Below, one piece after another: positions 20,495 to 30,895 of a stretch of DNA of 64,000 nt (its first letter is position 1; each line of letters starts with the position of its first letter). This DNA is from an uncultured Solirubrobacterales bacterium (GTDB taxonomy: Bacteria > Actinomycetota > Thermoleophilia > Solirubrobacterales > Solirubrobacteraceae). The notes under the pieces were generated by a model. The model was not told the origin of the DNA and did not search any database. It was given only the letters and a program-made list of their open reading frames with translations. Position numbers and translations under genes: made by a program. The stretch is taken from the NCBI GenBank assembly GCA_963710305.1, contig CAVPZV010000012.1, positions 7,870 to 71,869 on the forward strand, read 5' to 3'.

Positions 20495-22484
20495 TCAGCT
20501 GTACCTGCCCTTCCGGCTGCGCTTGATCGCCAGCGTCTTGGTCGCGCGGTTGGCCTTCCCGCCGGTCGGCGTGAACGTCACCGCGACCGTCACCTGCGCG
20601 CGGCCGAGCTTCGTCAGCTCCGCCCGCGCGGCACCACCGAGTCGCAGGACGAGCTGAACCGTGCCCTTTGAGTGAGCGGTGGCCCCGGCGACTGCGTATG
20701 TGTAGGTCGTCGTCACGTGCTTGACGACCCGCTTGCCGTGAACTCGCTTGATCACGGTCCGGCGCACCGTGAACGTCGCCGTCGAGGTGAAACGACCGGC
20801 GTCCGGCGCGCTCACGGGAAGCGAGATCGTTCCGTTGCCGGCCACCTTGGCCTTGCCGAACGTGAAGCTGTTAGGTGGCGGCGGTGACTGCGCGTGCGAG
20901 GAGGGCGACGACGGCGGAGATGGCGAGGAAGGCGGAGAGGGTGCTGACGCCGTCGTGAACTGCTGATCCGGCCCATAGATCGTCCCATCCGGATCCTGGG
21001 CGACAGCCCGGAAGTGGTAGACGGTGCCCGGCGACAGACCGCTCAGCGACGTGCCGTACGACGAGCCCGAGGCGCCGGCGGGCAGCCCCTGGGAGACCGT
21101 GCTCGCGCCGTACGCGGTCGAGGTCCCGTACTGGAACCAGGCCGTTCCGGCCTGCACGTCCGGATTCGAGGCGGTGGCGCTCAGGGTTGCGCTCGTGGTT
21201 GCAACGCCCGAGGCGCTCTCCCCGCCGACGACGGGCGGACTCAGCTGGTAGGCGCCGATGTCACAGGCGCTCGCGGGCCGCGCCGCGCCGCGCTGATCGG
21301 TGGCCGGGCAGTTGCCCTGGCCTCCCTTGCCGATCGCCGGGCTGCCCTGACCCAGGGCCTGGGTATCGGTGGGGCCGCCGTTGTCCTGAAGCGCTCCGAG
21401 CCGGGGATCGGCGGAAGACAGATCGAAGCCGCAGCTGGTCTGTCCGGCCGGCCCTTCGAGGCTGTCGCGCGCGGTGGTCGTGCCGGCGTTCGGTACGTCG
21501 TAGCAGTTCGCGTCGCCGGTATTGGCCGCGACGATCGTGCTCACCACCGTGAGCGTGCCGGTGTTGTAGATCCCGGCGCCGCCTGGGTCGCCGGCGGAAG
21601 CGATCGAGTTTCCGGCGATCGTGTCGCCGGTGAGCGTGGCGCTCGAGGTTTCGGTCCACAGAGCGCCGCCGGCCGCGCTCGGTCCCGTGGCGTTGTTGCC
21701 GGTCAAGGTGCTGTTGGTCAGCGCCAGCGAGCCGCCCTCGATGAAGATCGCCCCGCCGAGCCCCGTTCCGCTGTCGAGGCCACTCCCGGCCGGCCCCCCG
21801 GCCGTGTTCGCGCTGAACGTGCTCCCGGTGACGATGACGGAACCGCTGGCGGAGATCGCGCCGCCGGAGCCCTGCCCGCTGTAGGAACCAGATCCACCGG
21901 CTCCGCCCACCGCGTTGGCGGTGAACGTGCTGTTCTGCACCGTCAACGAGCCGCCGTTGACGAAGATCGCTCCACCCTGTCCCGAGCCGCTGTCGACACC
22001 CGAGCCGCCCTGACCGCCGGCGCGGTTGTGATCGAAGAGAGTGTCTCTGAGCGTGAGCGACCCGTTGTCAGCGATCGCTCCGCCGCTGTCCGAAGCATTG
22101 CCCGCTGAGAACTCGAGGCCCGAGATCGACACCGTGGCCGAGGGGTCGACGCTCATGATCTGGTTGTTGTTCCCGTCGACGTCCAGCACGGTCGCGCCGG
22201 GACCCTCGATGGTCATGCTCCTGCGTCACCATGAGCGTCCCGGCCGTCAGGTTGATCCTCCCGCTCACGCCCGGGGCGAATTCGACGACGGTGGGAGGGC
22301 CGGCGTCGGCGTCGGCCGCGCTGATGGCCGCCGCGAGCGAACCCGCCCCGGTGCTGTCCGTGTTGGTCACGGTGTAGGTGCCGGCAAGCGCCGGCGCCGC
22401 TCCGCCGCCCAGGCATCCCAGCGCCACGAGGAACGGCAGCCAGACGCGCCTACGCCCGGCAAAAGACGAGATCAACCCCTGCAT
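20495..22484 (-). CDS. Secreted GGAI-repeat beta-helix / choice-of-anchor Q-like protein with FN3-like and basic C-terminal domains (frameshift near 22220)
   Basis: Signal peptide, TVTNTDSTGAGSL, GGAI/FxxN repeats, DPRLGALQDNGGPT..SPAI..DQRG..CDIGAY and FQYGTSTAYG..YHFR. Confidence 0.85.
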
Positions 22485-22627
22485 CGGTGCCTCCTAACCG
22501 ATTCGGTGTACGCAACGACCATGCCTGAAGCATGGATCTAAGCCCCCGGTGCGCGCATCGGGCCCGAGCCCAGTCTTTGCGGCGTCAGGTGCCTCAGATC
22601 CGACAAGCGGGTGCCTTATGGGTGCAC

Positions 22628-22643
22628 TGTGCGCACAGTCACG
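22628..22643. promoter_or_regulatory. CRP/FNR-like site TGTGC-N6-TCACG upstream of microprotein 1
   Basis: Matches TGTGA-N6-TCACA at 8 of 10 positions. Confidence 0.45.
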
Positions 22644-22676
22644 GCCCACGAGGCCGATCGAGGCAATAGTGGAACC

Positions 22677-22823
22677 ATGCTTCCTATCGCAATAGCCGTA
22701 TTCGGCTCGGCCGCGCTGATCGGTCTCGCTCGTCGGGCCCAGCGCACCCGCAGCGTCAGCCACCACCCGTACGGGAACCCATACGACGACGCACCCGGCG
22801 CTCGCGCGCAGACGCGACGCTAG
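22677..22823 (+). CDS. 48-aa single-TM microprotein with HPYxNPYxDxPGA motif
   Basis: MLPIAIAVFGSAALIGLARRAQRTRSVSHHPYGNPYDDAPGARAQTRR. The motif is shared with the next ORF. Confidence 0.7.
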   Translation: MLPIAIAVFGSAALIGLARRAQRTRSVSHHPYGNPYDDAPGARAQTRR

Positions 22824-22848
22824 CCCGCGGCGCATGCCGCACCAACCG

Positions 22849-22888
22849 TGTGCGGCATGTCACAACGGGTTAAGTGCCTTACGTCACA
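22849..22888. promoter_or_regulatory. Two tandem CRP/FNR-like sites (22849-22864, 22873-22888); the first overlaps a hairpin
   Basis: TGTGC-ggcatg-TCACA and AGTGC-cttacg-TCACA; hairpin arms catgccgca / tgcggcatg. Confidence 0.55.
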
Positions 22889-22943
22889 ACCGTCTCACGC
22901 CCGCGGGCGCATCCTGTTGGCACAGCCAACAAAGGAGGAGACG

Positions 22944-23154
22944 ATGGCGTTCACCGGCGGAGCCCTCATCTTCGGAGTGTTCATCGTGTTCGCGCTGCTG
23001 GTCTTCATCTACAGCCACCTACACCAGGCGCGGTAGCGGGATCAACCAGCATCCGTACATGAACCCCTACGGCGACAGCCCGGGGGCGTGGCGCAAGAGC
23101 TCGCTCTCGCACGACCCGCGCGCGTCGATCCACTTCCCGCGCGGCCTCCGCTAG
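22944..23154 (+). CDS. ~69-aa single-TM microprotein with HPYxNPYxDxPGA motif (one indel near 23015)
   Basis: RBS AAAGGAGG. Corrected product MAFTGGALIFGVFIVFALLVFIYSTYTRRGSGINQHPYMNPYGDSPGAWRKSSLSHDPRASIHFPRGLR. Confidence 0.75.
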
Positions 23155-23231
23155 GCGCGGCGGCCCGCGGGCGCCCGGCACGGAGGCCGGGCGCAACCGG
23201 CCCCAGGGACGCCCGGCCGCAGGCCCGGCCC

Positions 23232-24680
23232 CTACACCTTGACGAGGGGCAGCTCGAGCGAGTCCTTGCCGCCTGCGGTCTCGGTGCCCTCGAGCGGATA
23301 GTCGCCGGTGAAGCAGGCGTCGCAGTGCGTGTCGCGCGAGCTGCCGATCGCGTCGTAGACGCCTCGGAGCGACAGGTAATGCAACGAGTCCGCGCCGAGC
23401 TCCGCGGCCACCTCCTCGACCGTGCGGCCGTGGGCGATCATCTCCTCGCGCGTGGACATGTCGATCCCGTAGTGGCACGGGTGCTTGATCGGGGGCGCTG
23501 AGATGCGCAGGTGGACCTCGGCGGCGCCGGCGTCGCGCAGCATCTGGACGATCTGGCGCGTGGTGTTGCCGCGCACGATCGAGTCATCGACCACGATCAG
23601 GCGCTGGCCGGCGACCACCTCGGGCAGCGGGTTGAACTTGAGGCGCAGGCCATGCCGGCGGAGCTCCTGGCCCGGCTGGATGAACGTGCGCGCGACGTAG
23701 CGGTTCTTGATGAAGCCGTCGTCCTGGGGCAGGCCGGCGGCGCGCGCCAGGCCCCGGGCCGCGGCGTTGCCCGAGTCCGGCACCGGGATCACGAGGTCGG
23801 CGTCGACCGGCGCCTCGTGCCACAGGTTCTCGCCCATCCGCCCGCGCGCGACCTGGAGCACGTTCCCCGCCATGCGGGAGTCGGGCCGGGCGAAGTAGAT
23901 GTGCTCGAACACGCAGAAGGCGGGCCGCTCCGAGGCGACGATGCGGGTCTTGACCCCGCGCTCGGTCAGCGTGATCACCTCGCCGGGCTGGACCTCGCGC
24001 AGGTAGCGGGCGCCGATCAGGTCGAAGGCGCAGGACTCGCTGGCCACGCAGTAGGCGGTGGCGGCGGGGTTCTGCTCGTCCTCGATCATGCCGAGCGCGA
24101 GCGGCCGCAACCCGTGGGGATCGCGGAAGGCGACGACGGCCTCCTCGGTCATGACGACGGTCGAGAAGGCGCCCTTCAGGCGCGGCAGCACGTCGGCCAC
24201 CGCGTCCTCGATCCGCTCGGCCGGGTGGGTGGCGAGCAGGGCGGCGATGATCTCGGAGTCGGAGGTCGAGCTGAAGGGGACATCGCGACCGCGCAGCTCG
24301 GAGTGCAGCTCAACCGCGTTGATCAGGTTGCCGTTGTGGGCGAGGGCCAGCGTCCGGCGATCGTCGCGGACGATCGGCTGGGTGTTCTCCCATTCCGAGG
24401 AGCCGGTGGTGGAGTAGCGGACGTGGCCGATGGCCATGTCGCCGATCAGCGAACGGAGCTTGTGCTCGTCGAACACCTGGGCGACCAGTCCCTGGTCGCG
24501 GATGGCCATGATGTTCCCACGCTGGAACGCGGTGGCGATCCCGGCCGATTCCTGTCCGCGGTGCTGGAGGGCGAACAGGGCAAAATAGGCGACGCGCGCG
24601 ACGTCGTGGCCCGGCGCATATATGCCGAACACACCGCATTCGTCGCGTGGCCCGTCGCGATGATCGATCACAGGAGGCAT
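23232..24680 (-). CDS. purF: Amidophosphoribosyltransferase
   Basis: DECGVFG, LQHRGQESAG, GHVRYST, VVDDSIVRG and CDACFTGDYP. Confidence 0.98.
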   Translation of the reverse strand: MPPVIDHRDGPRDECGVFGIYAPGHDVARVAYFALFALQHRGQESAGIATAFQRGNIMAIRDQGLVAQVFDEHKLRSLIGDMAIGHVRYSTTGSSEWENTQPIVRDDRRTLALAHNGNLINAVELHSELRGRDVPFSSTSDSEIIAALLATHPAERIEDAVADVLPRLKGAFSTVVMTEEAVVAFRDPHGLRPLALGMIEDEQNPAATAYCVASESCAFDLIGARYLREVQPGEVITLTERGVKTRIVASERPAFCVFEHIYFARPDSRMAGNVLQVARGRMGENLWHEAPVDADLVIPVPDSGNAAARGLARAAGLPQDDGFIKNRYVARTFIQPGQELRRHGLRLKFNPLPEVVAGQRLIVVDDSIVRGNTTRQIVQMLRDAGAAEVHLRISAPPIKHPCHYGIDMSTREEMIAHGRTVEEVAAELGADSLHYLSLRGVYDAIGSSRDTHCDACFTGDYPLEGTETAGGKDSLELPLVKV

Positions 24681-24740
24681 GGCGCAGACAGAAGCATGCC
24701 GCAGCCGTCGGCCGGACCTTTTCAAGGCTAGCAGCGGAGC

Positions 24741-26903
24741 TCAGAGGTACTGGGCGATTCCCCGCTCGCGGGCCACGCGCAGCTCGTCCAGCCCCACCTC
24801 GAGCTGTCCGGAGATCTCGAGCCGGTCGCCGCCGACGCGGCCGATCACGACCCCGATCCCGGCCAGATCGGCCTCGGCCCCCGAGACCACGAAGCCCTGG
24901 CCCGGGGCCTCGCCGAACAGCTCCTCGAGGCCTCCGGCCACCGACACGCGGGCGCCGATCCCGCCGGCCAGGCAGCACTCGGCGAGCGCCACCGCCAGGC
25001 CGCCCTCGGCGATGTCGTGGGCGCTCGCCACGCGTCCGTCGCGCACCGCGTCGCGGACCAGGACGTGCGCCGCGTGCGCGGCCCCCGGGTCCAGCCCGGG
25101 GAGTGGGCCAATAGGCGCCTCCCCCCGCAGCTTCGCCAGCTCCGAGCCCGCCAGCGAGCCCTCGAACGGTCCCACCAAGGCGATCGCGTCGCCGTCGACA
25201 ACGAAGCCGCAGCGCCCGGACCGCTCCGCGGAGGGCAGCTTGCCCACCATCCCCACCACCGGGGTCGGATAGATCGGGCCCGCGGGTCCCTCGTTGTACA
25301 GAGAGACGTTCCCGCCCACGACCGGCACACCGAGCGCCTCGCACGCAGAGGCCAGGCCCTCCACGGCGGAGACGAGCTGCCACGCCACGTGGGGCTTCTC
25401 GGGATTGCCGAAGTTCAGGCAGTTGGTCAGCCCCAGCGGCTCGGCCCCGACGCAGGCCAGGTTGGCGGCGCACTCGAACACGGCCTCGGCGGCACCCGCG
25501 CGCGGGTCGCAGGCCACGCGCCGGCCGTTGCCGTCGATCGCCACGGCGATCGCCGAGCCGTCCGCGAGCATCAGGACCGCGGCGTCGGCCTCGTCGGGGC
25601 GCCGGACCGTCCGGGACTGCACGACCGGGTCGTACTGCTCGAACACCGGCCGGCGCGAGGCCAGGTTCGACGAGCCGATCAGCGTCAGCAGGATCTCGGC
25701 CGGCGAGGCGCCGGCGGCGAGCACGGCGGGAGCGCCGAGGTAGAGGCCGTCTCCCGGAGGCTCGCGGCGAAAGGTCGTACAAAGGGCACTCGTCGACGAG
25801 CACGCCGCACGGGCAGCTCGCCCACCACGGCGCCGTCGGACAGGACGCGCAGGCGGTCGCCGTCGGTGACCGATCCGATCGCCGTGGCCAGCGTCTCCCA
25901 ATGCGCGCAGACCGCCAGCACCTCGTCGACCCGCGAGGGCTCGACCACGCACAGCATCCGCTCCTGCGACTCCGAGACCATGATCTCGAACGGCTCCATC
26001 CCCGGCTCGCGCAGGGGCACCCGCGCCACGTCGATGTCGAGCCCGACGCCGCCCTTGCTCGCCATCTCCGAGCTCGACGAGGTCAGGCCGGCCGCGCCCA
26101 GGTCCTGCAGCGACACCAGCAGCTCGCGGTCGAGCAGATCGAGGCAGCACTCGAGGAGCTTCTTCTCCGCGAACGGGTCGCCGATCTGGACCGAGGGGCG
26201 CTTCGCTTCGTCGGCCTCCCCCAGCTCGGCCGAGGCGAGCACCGAGGCGCCGCCGATCCCGTCGCGTCCGGTCAGCGCGCCCAGCAGGATGAGCACGTTG
26301 CCCGGCCCGGCCGCCGCGCTCCGGGTCAGGCGCTCGTGCGGCGCGAGGCCCAGGCACATGGCGTTGATCAGGCAGTTCTGCTCGTAGCTCGGCTCGAAGT
26401 AGATCTCGCCGCCGACGGTGGGGACGCCGATCGAGTTGCCGTAGTGGCCGATGCCGGCGACGGCGTTCGCGAGCAGGTAGCGCGAGCGCTGCGGATCCGG
26501 CGATCTCGCCGAAGCGCAGCGAGTCGAGCACGGCGATCGGCCGCGCGCCGACCGCGAACACGTCGCGGAGGATCCCCCCCACTCCGGTGGCCGCGCCCTG
26601 GAACGGCTCCACCGCGCTCGGGTGGTTGTGCGACTCGACCTTGAAGGCCACGGCCAGCCCGCCGCCGACGTCGACCGCGCCGGCGTTCTCGCCCGGGCCC
26701 ATCAGGACCGCGGGTCCCTGCGTCGGCAATCGCCGCAACAGTTTCCGCGAGTGCTTGTAGGCGCAGTGCTCGGACCACATCAGCGAGAGCATCGCCAGCT
26801 CGACGCCGTTCGGCTCGCGGCCGAGCTTCTCGAGGATCAGCTCGTATTCGTCGTCGGTGAGCCCGAGGGCGCGGTGAGGGCTAAGCGGCGAGGACGCGGT
26901 CAT
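24741..26903 (-). CDS. purL: FGAM synthase large subunit (several frameshifts)
   Basis: [55 protein letters not shown] and GGNVSLYN. Confidence 0.96.
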   Translation of the reverse strand: MTASSPLSPHRALGLTDDEYELILEKLGREPNGVELAMLSLMWSEHCAYKHSRKLLRRLPTQGPAVLMGPGENAGAVDVGGGLAVAFKVESHNHPSAVEPFQGAATGVGGILRDVFAVGARPIAVLDSLRFGEIAGSAALALPARERRRRHRPLRQLDRRPHRRRRDLLRAELRAELPDQRHVPGPRAARAPDPERGGRAGQRAHPAGRADRTRRDRRRLGARLGRAGGGRRSEAPLGPDRRPVRGEEAPRVLPRSARPRAAGVAAGPGRGRPDLVELGDGEQGRRRARHRRGAGAPARAGDGAVRDHGLGVAGADAVRGRALAGRRGAGGLRALGDAGHGDRIGHRRRPPARPVRRRRGGRAARAACSSTSALCTTFRREPPGDGLYLGAPAVLAAGASPAEILLTLIGSSNLASRRPVFEQYDPVVQSRTVRRPDEADAAVLMLADGSAIAVAIDGNGRRVACDPRAGAAEAVFECAANLACVGAEPLGLTNCLNFGNPEKPHVAWQLVSAVEGLASACEALGVPVVGGNVSLYNEGPAGPIYPTPVVGMVGKLPSAERSGRCGFVVDGDAIALVGPFEGSLAGSELAKLRGEAPIGPLPGLDPGAAHAAHVLVRDAVRDGRVASAHDIAEGGLAVALAECCLAGGIGARVSVAGGLEELFGEAPGQGFVVSGAEADLAGIGVVIGRVGGDRLEISGQLEVGLDELRVARERGIAQYL

Positions 26904-27562
26904 CGACGTGCGCTCGCATCGACTCGAAGATCCGGAGGCCGTCGACCGAGCCGGTCAGCGCATCGACCGCGTGCTCGGGATGGGGCATCAGCCCGAAGAC
27001 GTTGCCCCGCTCGTTGCAGACGCCCGCGATGTCGCGCAGCGATCCGTTCGGGTTCTCGCCGGCGGCGTAGCGGAGCAGCACCTGTCCGCCGGCCTCCATC
27101 GCGTCGAGCTCCTCGTCGGGCGCGTAGAACCGGCCGGTGGTGTGCTTGACCGGGATCGACAGCCGCTCGCCCGGCGAGCACGCGCGCGTGAACGGAGAGT
27201 CGACGCCCTCGACCACCAACGCCACCTGCCGGAACAAAAAGCGCAGCGAGACGTTGGGGAGCAGCGCGCCGGGAAGCAGGCCGGCCTCGCACAGGACCTG
27301 GAAGCCGTTGCAGATCCCGAGGACGAGCCCGCCCGTCGCGGGCAAACGAAGCCACCGACTCCATCACGGGCGCGAAGCGCGCGATCGCGCCGGCGCGCAG
27401 GTAGTCCCCGTAGGAGAACCCGCCGGGGACGATCACCGCGTCGACCCCCTGCAGCGAACGGTCGGCGTGCCAGAGCAGCTCGGCATCGGCCACACGCAAC
27501 GCCGCCTGGAGCGCGTCGACGTCATCGCACGACCCGGGGAAACGAACCACGCCGAACTTCAC
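26881..27562 (-). CDS. purQ: FGAM synthase glutaminase subunit (frameshift near 27343)
   Basis: [22 protein letters not shown] and MPHPE. Confidence 0.96.
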
Positions 27563-27777
27563 GAGACGATCTCGTAGTCCTCGATCAGCGGGTTGGCCAG
27601 CAGCCGCTCACACATCTCGGGCAGGCGCGCAGGATCCTCGACATCGAGCTCGATCAGGCGCCCGATGTGCACATTGCTGACCCCGATGAAGCCGAGTGCG
27701 GGCAGCGCACGCTCCACGGCTTGCCCCTGCGGATCGAGGATGCCTGCCTTGGGGCGTACGAGGACCCGCGCCCGCAT
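27559..27777 (-). CDS. purS: FGAM synthase PurS subunit
   Basis: ILDPQG and [10 protein letters not shown]. Confidence 0.96.
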   Translation of the reverse strand: MRARVLVRPKAGILDPQGQAVERALPALGFIGVSNVHIGRLIELDVEDPARLPEMCERLLANPLIEDYEIVS

Positions 27778-28655
27778 CAGGCGGCGGTCCGGGACCGCCA
27801 GGCGTCGAACGGCTCGCCGGTGATCCGCTCGTAGGCCTCGACGTACTTCTCGCGCGTGCGCTGGACGACGTCGTCGGGAATCGCCGGCGCCGGCGGGTTG
27901 CGGTCCCAGCCGGTGCCCGAGGCCCAGTCGCGCACGTACTGCTTGTCGAAGCTCGGCTGGCCCCGGCCCGGCTCGTACTGGTCGGCGGGCCAGAAGCGCG
28001 AGGAGTCCGGCGTGCACACCTCGTCGGCGAGCACGAGCTGCCCGCTCGAGTCGAGGCCGAACTCGAACTTGGTGTCGGCGAGGATGATCCCGCGCTCGCG
28101 CGCGTGATCCGCGGCCGCGCTGTACACGGCGATCGCGAGGTCACGGAGCCGTTCGGCCACCCCCCGGTCCCCGATCAACTCGACCGTGCGCTCGAAGTCG
28201 ATCGCCTCGTCGTGGCCGACCTCGGCCTTGGTCGAGGGCGTGTAGAGCGGCTCGGGCAGCCGGTCCGACTCGCGCAGCCCGGAGGGCAGCGACAGCCCGG
28301 AGACGGTGCCGGTGCGCTGGTAGTCCTTCCAGCCCGAGCCCGTGATGTAGCCGCGGACGATGCACTCGACCGGGAGCATGTCGAGCTTGCGCACGACCAT
28401 CGCGCGACCCCGGGCCTCGTCCGGGACCCCATCGGTCACGCTTATCAGGTGGTTCGGGACGATCCCGGCGGTCCGCTCGAACCAGAACGCGGACAGGCCG
28501 GTGAGGACCGCGCCCTTGTCCGGGATCGGCGTGGGATGGACGACGTCGTAGGTGGAGATGCGGTCCGAGGCGACCATCAGCAACTCGTCGCCGAGGTCGT
28601 AGATCTCGCGGACCTTTCCCGAGGAGAGCAGGGGCAGGTCGGCTAGAGCGCTCAC
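27777..28655 (-). CDS. purC: SAICAR synthase
   Basis: [29 protein letters not shown] and DKQYVR. Confidence 0.97.
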   Translation of the reverse strand: MSALADLPLLSSGKVREIYDLGDELLMVASDRISTYDVVHPTPIPDKGAVLTGLSAFWFERTAGIVPNHLISVTDGVPDEARGRAMVVRKLDMLPVECIVRGYITGSGWKDYQRTGTVSGLSLPSGLRESDRLPEPLYTPSTKAEVGHDEAIDFERTVELIGDRGVAERLRDLAIAVYSAAADHARERGIILADTKFEFGLDSSGQLVLADEVCTPDSSRFWPADQYEPGRGQPSFDKQYVRDWASGTGWDRNPPAPAIPDDVVQRTREKYVEAYERITGEPFDAWRSRTAA

Positions 28656-28751
28656 GGTTCGATCGTAGCGGCCGATCCCGACGGGGCCGTGCTCGATATG
28701 CCGCGGATAGCGCGGAAAATCGAGCACGCATTAGAGTCCCGGAGCGATCGC

Positions 28752-29441
28752 ATGGCGACACGCTCGAGATCCCCACGCCGGACGGCACCTTCGACGGCTA
28801 CCTGGCCCTCCCGGCCTCCGGCACCGGCCCCGGGATGATCGTCCTCCAGGAGATCTTCGGCGTCGGCGACTACATCAAGGGCGCCGCCGACCGGCTGGCC
28901 GGGCTCGGCTACGTCGCCTTCGCGCCCGACCTCTACTGGCGGATCGAGCCGCCACGCCACCCCCGAGGACCTCGACGAGGCGATGCAGTTCGCCCAGCAG
29001 CTCGATCCCGCCAAGGCGGTCCAGGACGCGATCGCCGCCCTGAACACGCTCCGCGAGCGCTCCGAGGTCATGAATCGCAAGGCCGGCGTGCTCGGCTTCT
29101 GCCTGGGCGGGACGCTCGCCTTCGGGGTGGCCGCCCACGGCGATCCGGACACGGCCGTGTCCTACTACGGCTCCGGGGTCCCGGACATGCTCGGCGAGGC
29201 GGACGCGATCACCTGCCCACTCCTGCTGCACTTCGGTGGCGCCGACCAGTTCATCCCGCGCGAGCGCGTCGACAGTGTGGCGCAGTTCGCCGACACGCGG
29301 CCGAACTTCGAGTGCCACATCCAGGAGGACGCCGGCCACGCCTTCGACAACCCCTCGCCGATGTTCCACAACCCGGACGCCGCCGCGCGGGCGTGGGAGA
29401 TCACGCGGGAGTTCCTCGCCCGCACGCTCCCGATCGACTAA
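28752..29441 (+). CDS. Dienelactone hydrolase family protein (frameshifts)
   Basis: LQEIFGV, APDLYWR, GFCLGG and AGHAFDN. Confidence 0.9.
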
Positions 29442-29444
29442 CGC

Positions 29445-30236
29445 ATGCGCCTGGCCGTGGTCGGCCACGTCGAGTGGGTGGACTTCGTCTCGCTGGATCG
29501 GTTCCCTCGCCAGGGCGAGGTCTCGCACGCGATCGAGGCGTTCTCGCGCGCTGGTGGCGGCGGCAGCGTGGCGGCGGCCGCACTCGCCGAGCTCGGAGCC
29601 GAGGTTGACTTCTTCACCGCGCTCGGGCGTGACCCCCATGGCGAGGCCGCGGCGAACGAGCTACGAGAGCGCGGCGTCAACCTGCACGTGGCCTGGCGCA
29701 GCGAGCCGACGCGACGCGCGCTGACCTTGCTGCAGGACGCCGGCGAGCGCACGATCATCACGATCGGCGATCGCCTCGCCCCCCGAGGCGACGACGACCT
29801 CGACTGGTCGCGCCTGGCGGACACCGCCGGGGTGTACTTCACGGCCGGCGATCCCGGCGCCCTTGCGCGCGCCCGACGCGCGCAGATCCTCACGGCGTCG
29901 CCTCGCGCGCGCGAGGTCCTCACCGAGGGACAACTCGACGCGATCATCTTCAGCGCCCACGACAGCGACGAGACCGCATGGGCCGAGCGCGCCCAGGGCC
30001 GAGCGCGCCTGCTCGTCGCCACCGAGGGCGAGGCCGGCGGCCGGTGGTGGGGTGCGTCCGAGGGACGGTGGCAGGCGACCGAGCTCCCGGGCGAGCCGAA
30101 GGACGCGTACGGGTGCGGCGACTCATTCGCGGCCGGGTTCACCTTCGCGCTCGCGCAGGGACAGCCGCCGGACGAGGCCGCGGTTCTCGGCGCGCAGTGC
30201 GGCGCCCGCGCCCTGACGAGGGTCGGCGCGCCCTAA
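29445..30236 (+). CDS. PfkB/ribokinase family kinase
   Basis: AGGGG, ALGRD and DAYGCGDSFAAG. Confidence 0.9.
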   Translation: MRLAVVGHVEWVDFVSLDRFPRQGEVSHAIEAFSRAGGGGSVAAAALAELGAEVDFFTALGRDPHGEAAANELRERGVNLHVAWRSEPTRRALTLLQDAGERTIITIGDRLAPRGDDDLDWSRLADTAGVYFTAGDPGALARARRAQILTASPRAREVLTEGQLDAIIFSAHDSDETAWAERAQGRARLLVATEGEAGGRWWGASEGRWQATELPGEPKDAYGCGDSFAAGFTFALAQGQPPDEAAVLGAQCGARALTRVGAP

Positions 30237-30251
30237 TCTCCGTCACGCAGG

Positions 30252-30848
30252 ATGCCCATCAAAAGCCCCTACCAAGTCCTGGGCGTGCCCCCGACCGCCA
30301 CCGATGGCGAGCTCCGCAGCGCCTACCGCCGGCTCGTCCAGCTCCACCACCCCGACCACAACGCCGGCTCGCCCGAGTCGGCCCGCCGGTTCGAGGAGGT
30401 GCAGGAGGCCTACGCGCAGGTGCTGCGCGAGCGCAAGGCCGGGCCGCCCCCGCCTCCTCCGCGGGCCGACGCGCCGGCCGGACCGGAGCTCGACAAGCGC
30501 CTGCAGGACCTCGAGCGCCAGGTCAAGGCCGCGCGGGAACGCGCTCAGCGCGCCGCCCACAAAGCCACCCGGGAAGCCGCGCGCGCGGCCAGGAGCAGTG
30601 ACCGCAGGCGCCCCACGGACGAGGAGCTCGGGTACTACAGCACCGAGGACAATTTCACGAGCATCATCAGCGACGCGCGCGAGGAGCTCTCAAACCGGCT
30701 CAGGCACGCGCAGGAGCATCCCGTGGCCCGGCGCGTGACGGACCTGATCGAGGGCCTCGAGGAGCTCGCGTCCAAGCTGGACCGCCCGTCCGAAGGGCTG
30801 ACTCACTTCAGGGTGCCGATGATCCAGGCCCGCGGTATCGGCCCGTAG
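30252..30848 (+). CDS. Class C J-domain protein (true stop may be near 30800)
   Basis: PYQVLGV..AYRRLVQLHHPD..F.EVQEAY followed by a coiled-coil tail. Confidence 0.88.
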   Translation: MPIKSPYQVLGVPPTATDGELRSAYRRLVQLHHPDHNAGSPESARRFEEVQEAYAQVLRERKAGPPPPPPRADAPAGPELDKRLQDLERQVKAARERAQRAAHKATREAARAARSSDRRRPTDEELGYYSTEDNFTSIISDAREELSNRLRHAQEHPVARRVTDLIEGLEELASKLDRPSEGLTHFRVPMIQARGIGP

Positions 30849-30895
30849 AAGCGACTGTCGGCTGACGCGCCGCGGTTGTCCCCGAGACGGGTCAC
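30803..30895 (-). pseudogene. Internally deleted signal peptidase I (S26) remnant, 30 aa
   Basis: MTRLGDNRGASADSRFYGPIPRAWIIGTLK* carries the SPase I box E. Its GTG overlaps the purB stop (GTGA). Confidence 0.75.

Noticed and set aside
20880-20945. PSPPSS tandem repeats in the GGAI protein
   Set aside because: Ordinary Pro/Ser linker.
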